Positions 12,474-23,904 of a stretch of DNA of 64,000 nt are shown in pieces. The position numbers were made by a program, and so were the translations under genes. The first letter of the stretch is position 1; each line of letters begins with the position of its first letter. The notes beneath the pieces are model-generated. The model did no database searches. It saw only the letters and a list, made by a program, of their open reading frames with translations, and had not been told where the DNA came from. Source of the stretch: Camelus dromedarius (taxonomy: Eukaryota); the NCBI RefSeq assembly GCF_036321535.1, contig NC_087436.1, positions 33,606,001 through 33,670,000 of the forward strand. The letters are read 5' to 3'.

Positions 12474-13292
12474 CAGAACTATGAGGTATCACCTCATACC
12501 AGTCAAAATGGGCATCATTCAAAAGTCCACAACTGATAAATGCTGGAGAGGCCGTGGAGAAAAGGGAACTCTCCTACACTGTTGGTGGGAATGTAGTTTG
12601 GTGCAGCCATTATGGAAAACAGTATGGAGATGTCTCAAAAGACTAAAATAATACCATATGATCCAGCAATCCCACTCCTGGGCAAATATCCAGAGGGAAC
12701 ATTAATTCAAAAAGATATACACACTCCAATATTCATAGCAGCACTATTTGCAATAGCCAAGGCATGGAAACAACCTAAATGTCCATCAACAGATTACTGG
12801 ATAAAGATGATGTGATATATGTATACAATGGAATACTACTCAGCCATAAAAAAGAATAAAATAATGCCTTTTGCAGCAACATGGATGGACCTGGAGATTG
12901 TCAGTCTAAGTGTAGAAGGCCAGAAAGAGAAATAAAAATACCATATGATATCACTTATATGTGGAATCTAAAGAAAAAGATAATTGAACTTATTTACAAA
13001 CAGACTCACAGATGTAGAAAACAAACTTGTGGTTACCAGGGGAGGATATGGGTGTGAAGAGATAAATTGTGAGTTTGAGATTTGCAGATACTACCTAATA
13101 TATAGAAAACAAACAAGTTCATACTGTACAGCACAGGGAACTATATTCAATATCTTGTAGTAACTTATGGTGAAAACTATGAAAACAAATATAGGTATGT
13201 TCATGTGTGCCTAAAGCATTATGCTGTAGACCAGAAATTGATACACTATAAACTGACTATACTTCAATAAAAATATATGTATTAAACAAAAA
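12474..13292 (+). mobile_element. second 5'-truncated LINE-1 (ORF2 C-terminus + 3'UTR), directly tandem to the previous element
   Basis: Re-starts at atgaggtatcacctcataccagtc and repeats the sequence of about 11660-12450; peptide [13 protein letters not shown]...KAWKQPKCPS; ends ctatacttcaataaaa. Confidence 0.92.
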
Positions 13293-13299
13293 TAATTGT

Positions 13300-13666
13300 A
13301 GAAAGAAAAATAATTGTACACTTTGAATTCAATATTTGGTGAAACTACCCTTTAGGATTGAAGGGAAAATAAGGTTATTCCAAGTAAAGGAGAATTTAAA
13401 AATTCACCATTCATAGACCTACTCAAACAATAGCTGACTGAAGCTCTCCAAACAAGTAAGACAGTAACAGAAAAAGTATTGGAAGTTTAGAAAATAATGA
13501 AGAGAAAAGGAAATGGATAAAATATAGGTAAAATAACAAGCTATACTTTAAGAGTTTCTAAAATTGTATTAGATAATTAAAGCAATAATTACATGTATTC
13601 TGTTGCTAAGTATATATAGAGAGAATTGAGACTGGTATATCTAAACTGGGTAGAGTAAATGGATCT
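13300..13666 (+). mobile_element. ancient L1MC-type element, segment 2 (ORF1 3' end and inter-ORF spacer)
   Basis: gaaagaaaaataattgtacactttgaattc...tttaggattgaagggaaaataagg...catagacctactc continues the ORF1 interrupted at 8086. Confidence 0.78.
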
Positions 13667-13680
13667 TGTAATATAGAGTA

Positions 13681-14300
13681 ACTCTATAGGGCATCTCAAC
13701 ACTCTTCACAAACTGCCTTTCTTAACCACATCCAACCTTATCCACAACACAGGTAGGATATTTCATTGATGGTATTCTCCTCCAAGGAGATTTATTTGAT
13801 ACACTCATTCAGGTCATACAAATAATAACAAAGCAGTTCACAAAACATAGGAGACTCACCACCTTAATTTTTTGGTTTGCCAAGGGCTACTCTATCCCTT
13901 ACACTGTCAACAAGCAGCTATTTATCCTCTCAGCATTCACAATGTTAAACCCAACATCTTTTAAGTCTTTTTGGATCTTGGTGGAAACATGCTACTCATT
14001 TAAAGTTTTTACTTAAACGTATATAGGCTGTTATAAATCAGACCATCTTGAATGGAATTTCTTAGAACAGAGTCTCTAGAATCTGTTGAAATTGGAATAA
14101 AACTGGCACTCCCACTAGTATCCCTCTGAGACTCCTTCATTAGAGAGGTTTTTGCAGCCTCCTCGTGTGCCTCCTGGAGTCTCTGTACCCATGATGGGCA
14201 TAAGGTGCTAATGGAATTTTGGTGCAAGTCACTGCTTCCTTTAGCCCTACATAGCACCCCATTAGTGAGACAAATACTGACGATACTGAAATCTCTCCAT
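13681..14300 (+). pseudogene. class III endogenous retrovirus (ERV-L/ERV3-like) pol fragment: RT palm, thumb and connection; no LTRs
   Basis: Frameshifted translation gives SIGHLN (LPxGxxNS region), GYFIDGILLQGD at about 13756-13791 (degenerate YIDD), QHLLSLFGSWWKH at 13952-13990 (cf. ERV-L LLGLFGFWRQHIP) and ASWSLC..MEFWCKSLLP..STPLVRQIL (cf. WSLW..GFWSK.LP..Y.P.EKQLL). Confidence 0.8.
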
Positions 14301-14461
14301 ATTTATGGACCTGCTTGGGAGCCTGTCCTACTCACTATGTGACTAAAAAACATTTCATACTTTTTGGGGGCACTTGTGATATTACTAGTGTAGACACCTG
14401 AGCCCATTTTAAATTGGGGGGGGTCCATTACTCCTTTATGAGGTGACCTTAACAGACCAGT

Positions 14462-17400
14462 TAGGAAGTAGGCTTGCAATACTTGAAGTGGTAAAATGTC
14501 AGTATCAGTAGGCTGTGACAAGTCACATATGTACTGTAACACCTGAAGTAATCACTAAAAAAACTATACAAAGAGATACACTCCAAAATAGTCTATAAAT
14601 AAAGCAAGACAGAATCCTAAAAACAAGAATACTGAAATAATCCACATGAAGGTGAGAAATAGGGGAATGAGAAACAGGAAACACACAGAAAATAAATAAT
14701 AAAATGCCAGATATATGACAACATATCAATGAGTATTTTCAATATAAATTATCTAAATACAGAGATTGATAGAGTGGATTTTTTTAAAAGACACAACTAT
14801 ATGCTGCATAAATCTCTGTATTTAGATAATTTATCTAAATTGGAGAAACACATCAAACACAATGAAATGTAAAAAAAAAAACCAAAATGTGTATCATGCT
14901 ACTATCAATCAAAAAATAAGCAGGAATAGTTTCATTACTATCAGTTAAAAGAAACCACATAGCAAGGATAATTACTAGGAACAAAGAGGACCATTTCATA
15001 GTGATAATAGGCTTAATTCAGCAAAAAGACATAGTGATCCTAAATGTATATACACACAAAGTAATAGAGGCTTAATGTATATGAAGAAAAAAAAACTTGA
15101 TAGAATGAAAAGGGAAATAGACAAATTAGCAATAATTGGGGACTTCAGTGCCCCACATTTAATTGCTCTACTAGAAAAAAATTAGCAAAGACAGAAAAAC
15201 TGAATAAAATCACCAACCCAAAGAATATAATTGATATTTATAGAACTCTTTACCCCAAAATACAGAATAGACATTCTTTTGTATTTGGAACCTGTTAAAC
15301 CATATCCAGGTTCATAATTTTAACATCAACACATTTATAGGAATTGAAATAGGAACTATGTTCTATGACCATAATGGAGCCATACTACAAATCAATAATA
15401 GAAATAAAAGAGGGAAATATAAGGGAACAGGATAAATAAATAACAGCAAAAATTCTAAACACTTGGAATTTAAGCAAAATGCTCCTAAACAACCCATACA
15501 TGAAAGAGTAAGTCTCAAAGGAAATAAATACATACATAGGTCTGAATGGAAATAAAATTATATATCCAAATTTGTAGATGCAACTAAGGCAGTAATGAGA
15601 GGGAAATACTTAGCACTAAATGCTCAAATTTGAAAAGAAAAAAAATTCCAATCAATAATCTAAATTCCTATGACATGAAATTAGATAAATAAAACAAACC
15701 CAAAGTAAGCAGAAGGAAGGATAATAATAATAATACAGATAAGAGTAGATATCAATGCAATTAAAAATAGGAAAACAGTAAAGAAAAATCAATAGAATCA
15801 GAAGTTGGTTCTTAAAAGGAAATCAATACAAATGACCCACCTCTAACAAGACTAAAGACTTAAGATAAAAAGACAAATGACACAAATCACAAATATAAGG
15901 AATAAAACAGGGAATGTCACCACAGATTTTACAATCACTTAAAAAATTATAAGGGAAAACTATGAACAATTATATGTTCATAAATTTGATAACTTCCCAA
16001 AATAACACAAACTACCAAGTAACCAGATGGTTATAAGTAACCAGAGTCATCCTGTAATCATTAAAGTAATTGAATTTGTAATTTTAAAAGTTAAAAACAG
16101 TAATACCAGACCCAGTTGGCTTCCCTGTGGAATTTACATTTTTTAAGTGTCAATTTTATACAATCTCTTCCAGAAAACTGAAGAGAAATGAAAACTTAAC
16201 TAATTTTGATTGGTAGTATTATAATGCTAATAAAACTAGAGAAAGACAATAAAAAAGAAAACTATGGACCAATGTCTTACATAAACTTAGACACAAAAAT
16301 CCTGAAAAAAATTTAGGAAATCAAAACCAATAATGTGTAAAAATAATTATACACAATGACCAAATAGGATTTGCTTCTGTTACTGAAGGCTGGTTTGATA
16401 TTAGAAAATCAAATGTATATTAATAGGGTAAAGAAGAAAAACATCATATCAATGCACACAGAAAAGGCATTTAACAAAATATAACATCTATTCATGAAAA
16501 AAGAAAAACAAAACTTAGCAAGTTAAAGAAAAAAGAATTACTACCTCAATTTGACATAAACCAACTACAAAAACATTACAGCTAACATCAGATTGATGGT
16601 GAAAGACTAAATTATTTCCCAAAGATCATGTATAAGGCAATGAAATCTGTTCTCACTACCCTATTCAAGATGGTACTAGAAGTTCTAACCACTGCAATAA
16701 GTCAAGAAAAAAAAAATCCTACTGATTAAAAAGGAAGAATGAAAATTTTCACTATTTGAAGATGACTCATTGTCTACATAGAAAATCCCAAGGATCTACA
16801 ATAAAACTACTAAAATAAATGAATTCAATAAGATCATAAATGTAAGATCATGGCAAAAAATTAAGTCACATTTTTATATACCAACAGTAAACATGTCAGA
16901 CCAAAAAAAAAAAAACACCATTTAAAATTGCTACAAATAAAAGGACATAGCTATAAAATTAACAAAACATGTACAGAACCTGTATGCTGAAAAATATAAA
17001 ATGCTGATGAAGGAAATCAAAGATCTAAATAAACATACTATATTCATAGACTGGAAGACTAAATGCACTAAAGATATCAATTCTTCTCAAATTGATATGA
17101 AAGGTGACTATAATTCCTATCAACATCCCATCAAGGATTCTTACAGATATAGAAGAGCTTCTTCTAGCATGTATGTGGAAAGGCACAAGTCCTAGAACAG
17201 CTAGAACAATTTTTTTTTAGAGAAGAATAGGAGGAATCATTCTTCCTGATATTAAGTCATAACTGTATAGCTTAACTATAGCTATACATAACTGTATAGC
17301 TTAATATAGTCATAACTATATAGCTTAATTATATAGCTACATTAATCAAGTTAGTTTGTTATTGGTGGAAGGTCAGACACAAATATTAATAGTAAAAATA

Positions 17401-18335
17401 TACACAACCCAGAATCAAGCCCACACATATATTTCCAACAGATATTTGACAAAGATGTAAAAGGAATTCAATGGAAGAAAGTGAGCCTTTATAACAAATG
17501 GTGTTGTTGAATTAGATATCCATAGACCAAAACCACAAAAATACACAAAAAATGACCTTGAACTAAACCTCACATATTACATAGAAATTAACACAAAATG
17601 GTTCATAGACTTAAAAATAAAACAAAACTATACATATTTTAGGAAAAACATAAGTAAAAATCTTCAACACATGAGACCAATGAAGAGTTTTTAGATTTGA
17701 TGCAAAAAGCACAATTCATAAAAGGGAATGTTGATAAATTGGGTTTAGTCAGAATTAAAACATTTGCCTTGCAAATGACCATGGTAAGAGCATGATAAGA
17801 CAAGTTACCAACTAGGAGACAATATTTTCAAACCTCATACTAGACCAAGGACTAGTTTCTAGAATATATAAAGAACTCTTAAAACTCAACAGGAAAAAAC
17901 AACCTATTTAAAAACAGGTAAAAGACAAACTTTTCATTTCACTGAAGAGGATATACAGATGGCAAATAAACACAGGAAATGATGTTCAACTTTAATATCC
18001 ATTCGGCAAATTCAAGTGAAAGCCACAGTGAGATACCTCTACTTGCCTATCAGAAAGACTAAAATAAAAAATAATAACACTACATGTTGGTGCCATTGCA
18101 GAGAAACTTGATCACTCTGACATTGGTGGTGGAATGTAAAATGATAACAGCCAACCCAGAAAATACTTTAATAAAACAAGACATGGAATTACCATATGAT
18201 CCAGCAATTTAGCTCACTGCATTTGTACCAAAGAATTAAAAGTTCATGTTCACCCAAAAACTTGGACATGAATGTTCACTGTACCTTTATCTGAAGCCAA
18301 GAAGTGGAAACAATTTGAGTATCATACAGTGGAAG
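14462..18335 (+). mobile_element. ancient L1MC-type element, segment 3 (spacer and near-complete decayed ORF2, 3'UTR missing)
   Basis: EN start near 14703; ggggacttcagtgcccca (GDFN region); ctatttgaagatgactcattgtctacatagaaaatccca (FADD region, about 16752); ends at ccatatgatccagcaatt...gaagtggaaacaa. Confidence 0.88.
17256..17340. repeat. short minisatellite, about 3 copies of a 25-28 bp unit (cataactgtatagcttaa..tata) within L1 ORF2
   Basis: gtcataactgtatagcttaactata / gctatacataactgtatagcttaatata / gtcataactatatagcttaattatata. Confidence 0.85.
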
Positions 18336-18800
18336 GAGGAATGACCACACCGCTCAACTGGGAGATTACAAAATTTAAAATTTCACTGAGAGTAAAACAT
18401 ACTTTTAGTTACAGAAAGCATGAAATAAATGAATGATGAAAAATAAATCGCCTTTTTCAACCAGTTTTGAGTTTGGAATCATTGAGCAATGTGATTTTCT
18501 TGTCATGAAATAACTAATGAAAAGAGAGTAAGCCACAATGCCTTTAATTGTCAATAACTTCATTAAAATCTGTGCTTAAAAAATTAAGTGTTCACTTTGC
18601 TTTTAAGATTATGTCAGTAAGGTAAACTTAACTTTGATTTCCTTGCTAGCAGATTCACAATGAGATCAGAGTGCAAATTCCCTTCTAAGTATTTTGGGAA
18701 TGCCCCGGTGGGCCAGTCTTGGTGGGTAAACTTTGAAACTGTATGAGATGGAAATTGCTGGTTGCAGTGTTCTTACCCCCAATTTGACCCACCAAAGATT

Positions 18801-19147
18801 CACTCATATTCATTCATTTATCCATTTACGTATGTGTTTATTGAGTGTCTACTATGAAGTAGGCAGTCTTCTAGATTGAGGGATGTATCAATGAGGAAAA
18901 CAAAATCCTGCACTCATGAAGCTTATGTCCCAGTAGAAGGGGGCAGATAATACCTACAATAAATAAATATATTATATAGTATATAATGTGGAGAAGAATA
19001 CAGCAAGGAAAGGGAATAGGGAATGTGATGAGAGAAAAAGGTTGCATTTTAAATAGATTGGAGGTGAAGGCTTCACCTAGAAAGTGCCATTAGAAAATAG
19101 GACTGAACTGCATGGAAGACAAGCCTTGTGAGTTTGCAGGAAGTGTT
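18801..19147 (-). mobile_element. LINE-2 (L2a-like) 3' end
   Basis: cattcatttatcc...tttattgagtgtctactatg...cctgcactcatgaagcttat...gggcagataa is the reverse complement of the L2 3' terminus. Confidence 0.85.
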
Positions 19148-19216
19148 ATATCTGACTTACCAAAAGCTGTGACAGGAAAGGAAGGGCTTCTTTCACGTCT
19201 GCTAAGTATTGGAAAC

Positions 19217-19660
19217 TGTCACAGAGCCAGCTAGGGCAGACCCGTGAAAGCCAAGTTCAGGAGTCCAACTGGAATGACCTTGAAGACAGTGAATGTCTGG
19301 CAGGCACAGACCCAAACCCAGGAGGTTAGAAAACACAGATATTGTAATTCCAGAGAGAGATGACGTGCTCCAAGTCTAATGACTCCGTGGCAACAGGAAA
19401 GGAGCAAACAGGGCATAAAATCCAAGTGCAGAGACTGAGGTCATCAGCAAGATTTCCAAACAGAGTGGGAAGAAATAGAAAACAAAGACCAAATAGACAG
19501 AGCAATGTAAGTGCCATGGATTCAAACTAAGCTGAGACTGAGCAGCAGGAGGTCGAGTCAAAAGAAGTAGACATATGTCAGCACAGTTACGGAGAGGAAG
19601 CAAGTTTCAATGAAGTCAGGCAGGTCCACCAGAGAAGCACAATAGGGTCTGACAAAGATC
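19217..19660. mobile_element. probable ancient LTR remnant (possibly Gypsy-like)
   Basis: Starts TGTCACAGAGCCAGCTAGGGCAGACCC..ccaagttcaggagtcca; resembles old mammalian Gypsy-type LTRs from memory only. Confidence 0.35.
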
Positions 19661-20214
19661 TGAGATAGTCATCAGCTCTCTGCCCCTCACACTCAACATG
19701 GTAATTATAGTGTGTGTGTTTGTATGTGCACGCATGCGTGTATGTGATGGGGTGGCTAAGAGAAAAGCAAAATCAAACTCTCAGCTCCATAGAACTATAG
19801 ACGCTTGTTTAGCAGTAAGACTGACTTGACACTGTGAGTCAAAATAGGAGTACATTCTACCTTTGATTATTGCTGTTACTTTATGTCAATTTCTTATTGT
19901 TCTGCGTGTCTAAAAAGGATTTTATATGACTCTTTAATCACAAAAATGTGAACTTTAAGACACAGAGTAAACTATGCAGAAGATTTCCATAGAATTTCTT
20001 TAATACTGTTACATCTAAACTCACTGTTTCACAGAAAATATTACACAGAATCCAAAGCCAAAGAGATATAAAGAGACATTATATAAAAATGAATCTAGTA
20101 GCAAAATACATTTGGGAAATTTTGAGTTAAACAGTTAATCTGTCTGTTGAGTTTTAATGTTAAGAACTATAAGATAAGCATGTATGTTATAAATGTGCAT
20201 TTTTATAAAAACTT

Positions 20215-21668
20215 CATTAAAAATAGACTTCATGTTTGGAACAGTTTTAGGTTCACAGCAAAATTAAGTAGAAAGAACAGAGTCCCATATATTCCCTACT
20301 CCTACATACAGTCTCCTGTATTATCAACATCACACCCTGGAGTGCTATAGTTGTTACAGTGCATGAACCTACACTGACACATTGTCAACCAAGTCCACAG
20401 TTTACATTGGGGTTCATTCTAGGAGTTGTACTTTCTGTGGGTTTTGACAAATGTAAAATGACATGCATCCACCATTATGGTATCATAGATACTAGTTTCA
20501 CTGCCCTCCAAATTCTCTATGCTCCACTTATTCATACAGCCCCGTGTACCCCGCCTGCCTCTCTACACGTCTAACAATCACTAAATCTTTTACTGTCTTC
20601 ATAGTTTTGGCTTTTCCAGAAGGCCATGTAATTGGAATCATAGAGTAACTAGCTTTTTGAGACGTACTGCTTTCTTTCAGCAATAGACATTTAAGATTCC
20701 TCCATGCCTTTCATGACATACTAACTGACTTGTATTTAGCACTGAATAATATTCCATTGTCTGGATGTACCACAGTTTATTCATCTATTCATCTATAGAA
20801 GGACATTTTGGTTGCTTCCAAGTTTTGCCTATTATGATAAAACTGCTATATAAATATCCATATGCAGGTTTTTGTGTTAAAAAATATTTATCTTGAGAGG
20901 CAACTTTGTTAGGAAGAATAAAATACTTTGATATATTTCCAAATGGTTACTGTGCCCTTCCCCTGCTAGAATCATGGCGGTAATTTTTTCTCCTCATCAG
21001 TATGAAAACTTGGTATCAGGGTAATGCTGGACTCAGAGTGAGTTAGGAAGCAGTCACTCTGATTCTGTCATCTAGAAGAGATTGTAGAGAATTGGTATAA
21101 TTTAGCTCTTAAATTTTTGGTAAAATTCACCAGTGAACCCATCTGGGTCTGAGACTTTCTGTTTGGAAGGTTGTTAATTATTGATTCAACTTCCTTAATG
21201 GATATAGGCCTATTCAGATTGTCTTTCTTCTTTAATGAGTTTTGGCAAGTTGGGTCTTTTCAAGGAATTTCTCCATTACATCTTTGTTATCAAACACATG
21301 GGCATAGAGCTATTTACTATTATTCCATCACTGTTTTTTCAACATCCATGGGATATGTAGTGATACCCTCTTTCACTTCTGATATTAATTTGTGTTTTCT
21401 CTCTTTTTTCTAAGTCTGACTATAGTCTTATTAATTTTATTAATCTTTTCAAAAAACCACCTTTTGGTTTAACTGGTTTTTCTCTAGTGATTTCCTGTTT
21501 TCAATTTCATTGACTTCTGCTCTAATTTTTATTATTTCCTTTCTTTTGCTTTAATTTGCTCTTCTCTTTTTAGTTTCCAAAGGGAGAATCTTAGATTATT
21601 GATTTATATCTTTCTTCTTTTCCAAATATGCATTCAATCCTATAAAATTCCCCTTATGCACCACTTTA
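20215..21668 (-). mobile_element. rearranged L1MC1-like element (3' end 20215-20879; 5'UTR piece 20880-21010; ORF2 piece 21011-21668)
   Basis: acagttttaggttcacagcaaaattaag and gttttgacaaatgtaaaatgacatgcatccaccattat (L1MC 3'UTR); ggtatcagggtaatgctgg...aattcaccagtgaacccatctggg (ORF2 antisense). Confidence 0.85.
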
Positions 21669-22809
21669 AAATTGTATTAATTCACTTCCCGTAGTATGTG
21701 CTCATTTGGAAATAATCTCCTCTGCAATTACAAAAATTAACATCCCTAACAACTAAGGGTCAGCATATTTCAAAGAATTCCCATAAAACTGAAACTGGCA
21801 ATCTATACTACATTTCTCATGTTGTAGGTTACCATGGCAAAACAAACGGATTGAAGTATTTGATACTTTCATGCTTAAGTATTAAGTACTAAGGCTTCAG
21901 CTCATATGCATTACCAATCTTATGCCACGTTATCATAAGCTATAATAATCTACAACTTATAAGCTAAAAATATTATGAAACATTACAGCATATCAAGGAG
22001 ACCCTTAAATTGTTTAGATTTAGATAGCTTCCAAATTCTGGAATGAGTAAATACTATTTTTCCTTCCTTTATGATTAGGCATTTTCAGTAACACATGAGG
22101 ATGCCTTTTTGTCCAAACACAAAGGTGTTTGAAAGGAGTAGTGAGGCTGAGGGACTCCTTACATAAGTAGTAGGTAAGGAAGGTGCTGCCATAAAAACAA
22201 ACAAAACACAAAACAAAACAAAACCCATTAAATCCAAACAGTTCCCAGGGCTCTTATGTTTTTCCAAATTTCTTATGATTGCAATGTATCTTTGTCCTCA
22301 GAGAGAAATTTTACAGAAGAGAGAGCTGGTAGCCAGATTTTACTCTCACCCCTTCTCTTTCCTTAAATCTCAGCAGAGTAACCTTCCTCCTAAGACTTGC
22401 CTCAGAATCAAATCCACTCAGCTCTGCTGATTATCCTGACACAAATATTGAATTTTCAGATCTTTTGTATTCAAAGTATCTCCAAACAGAGAAAATGTAG
22501 CTTATATTATTTTGGGGCTGTATATTTACAAAGAGATAGAAAAGAAATAACACAAGAAGAGAGCACCAAAATGATTTTCTGAAGTTCATGTTCAACAGCC
22601 AGAAGTCGAAAGCTAAAAATACTGCCTCATATGGTCACACCAATATCCACCTCTAATAACAGCACTGTGGTTTATATAATTACCTTTTATGATTTCATTT
22701 TCTACATTATGGCATCTTTATTAGATGTAACTTAAAGAAGACTTCCCTTCAGACTCTACATTTACTTTTTCAACAATAATCAAATTTAAGGTTGGTATAT
22801 TAGAAAAAT

Positions 22810-23228
22810 CACTGATGATTCCATATTTCTAAATCCAATGGCACTTCTGGTTTTCAAACACCATACTTAATTTTCAGCAACCTTTCACAATATGCAATTC
22901 TTGATACTTTTTTCTATCTTCCAGGACATAATGTTCTGGTTTTATCAGTACATTTATGGACCTCCTTCTATGCCACTTTTTGCTGGCTCAAACTTATCTG
23001 GCCCTTAAGGTTGGACATTCTACAAGGCTCTTTCTATTACATATCTTTACCTAGCTGATTTTACTCACGTTTATAGATTTATAGTTTGTTATACAAAGTT
23101 ATTACTGACAAATGCATATATCCTCTGATCAGAATTTAATGGAAACCCCAAATAAACACACACACACACACACATTATTTCTTTGTTATTTCTACTTGCA
23201 TGTTTCTAAAAGTTCCCTAACATAACTC
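22810..23228 (+). mobile_element. LINE-2 ORF2 fragment, containing a (CA)n at about 23156-23174
   Basis: actgatgattccatatttctaaatccaatgg...ttccaggacataatgttctggtttt...ttggacattctacaaggctc. Confidence 0.65.
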
Positions 23229-23234
23229 TTTTAA

Positions 23235-23362
23235 AGGGAGGATACAAATTGGTTATATGCAAATACTACACCAGTATATATAAAGGACTTGACTGCTTGG
23301 ATTTTGGTATCCACAGGGGGTCCTGGAACCAATCCCCCCACAGATGGAGAGAGATGACTGTA
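23235..23362 (+). mobile_element. MER2 (TcMar-Tigger) 3' terminal fragment
   Basis: ggttatatgcaaatactacacca...ggattttggtatccacagggggtcctggaaccaatccccc...gatgactg followed by TA. Confidence 0.85.
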
Positions 23363-23494
23363 TATACAGAAAAGAACACAAAGAAAAATGAATAGACATT
23401 AAAATGGCTTTGGGAGTGGACATATTGAGAATTTAAACCAACCTAGTATACTAAGCAATAATAGGACTATAGTTTTTGTCCATAGATTAAAAAA

Positions 23495-23904
23495 TGCTGG
23501 AACTAAATGAAAATAATGTAGCCATTTGCTTCAAAAAATGCCTGTTCCTGAAAGGCGAGATGGCCCAAGTATATAGTTTATTTTCCAGACTGCAAGCTTG
23601 CTCAGCAAGACTCACTTCAAAATCCTTACCTCACGCTGACTCCCAATTTGGAGCTATTATGTTATCAACTCTGCACAATTCCAATTAGTTCCTCACCTAA
23701 CATGATCTAAATTAAAAATCTTCCAGACAAGAACCTAAAACCCCAATACCTGTAAGTATTCTGCCCCAATCCCCATTTTGACGCATAAGTATCTGTCAAG
23801 GTAATATTCTTCCTTACTTTAGCAAGTCTAATAAATTTAGTTTTTCTTTAGCAATAGCAATTTTGGGTTTGGGTTTTTTTTTGGTATTTTAGGGTGAGTC
23901 AACA
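23495..23904 (+). mobile_element. ERV1-class solo LTR (MER110/MER67/MER89-like)
   Basis: TG...CA boundaries; 3' part ccttactttagcaagtctAATAAAtttag...ggtattttagggtgagtcaaca matches the U5 style of this LTR group. Confidence 0.6.

Noticed and set aside
17256..17340. Repeat array as CRISPR-like
   Set aside because: Mammalian DNA, no unique spacers and no cas genes; it is a simple minisatellite.
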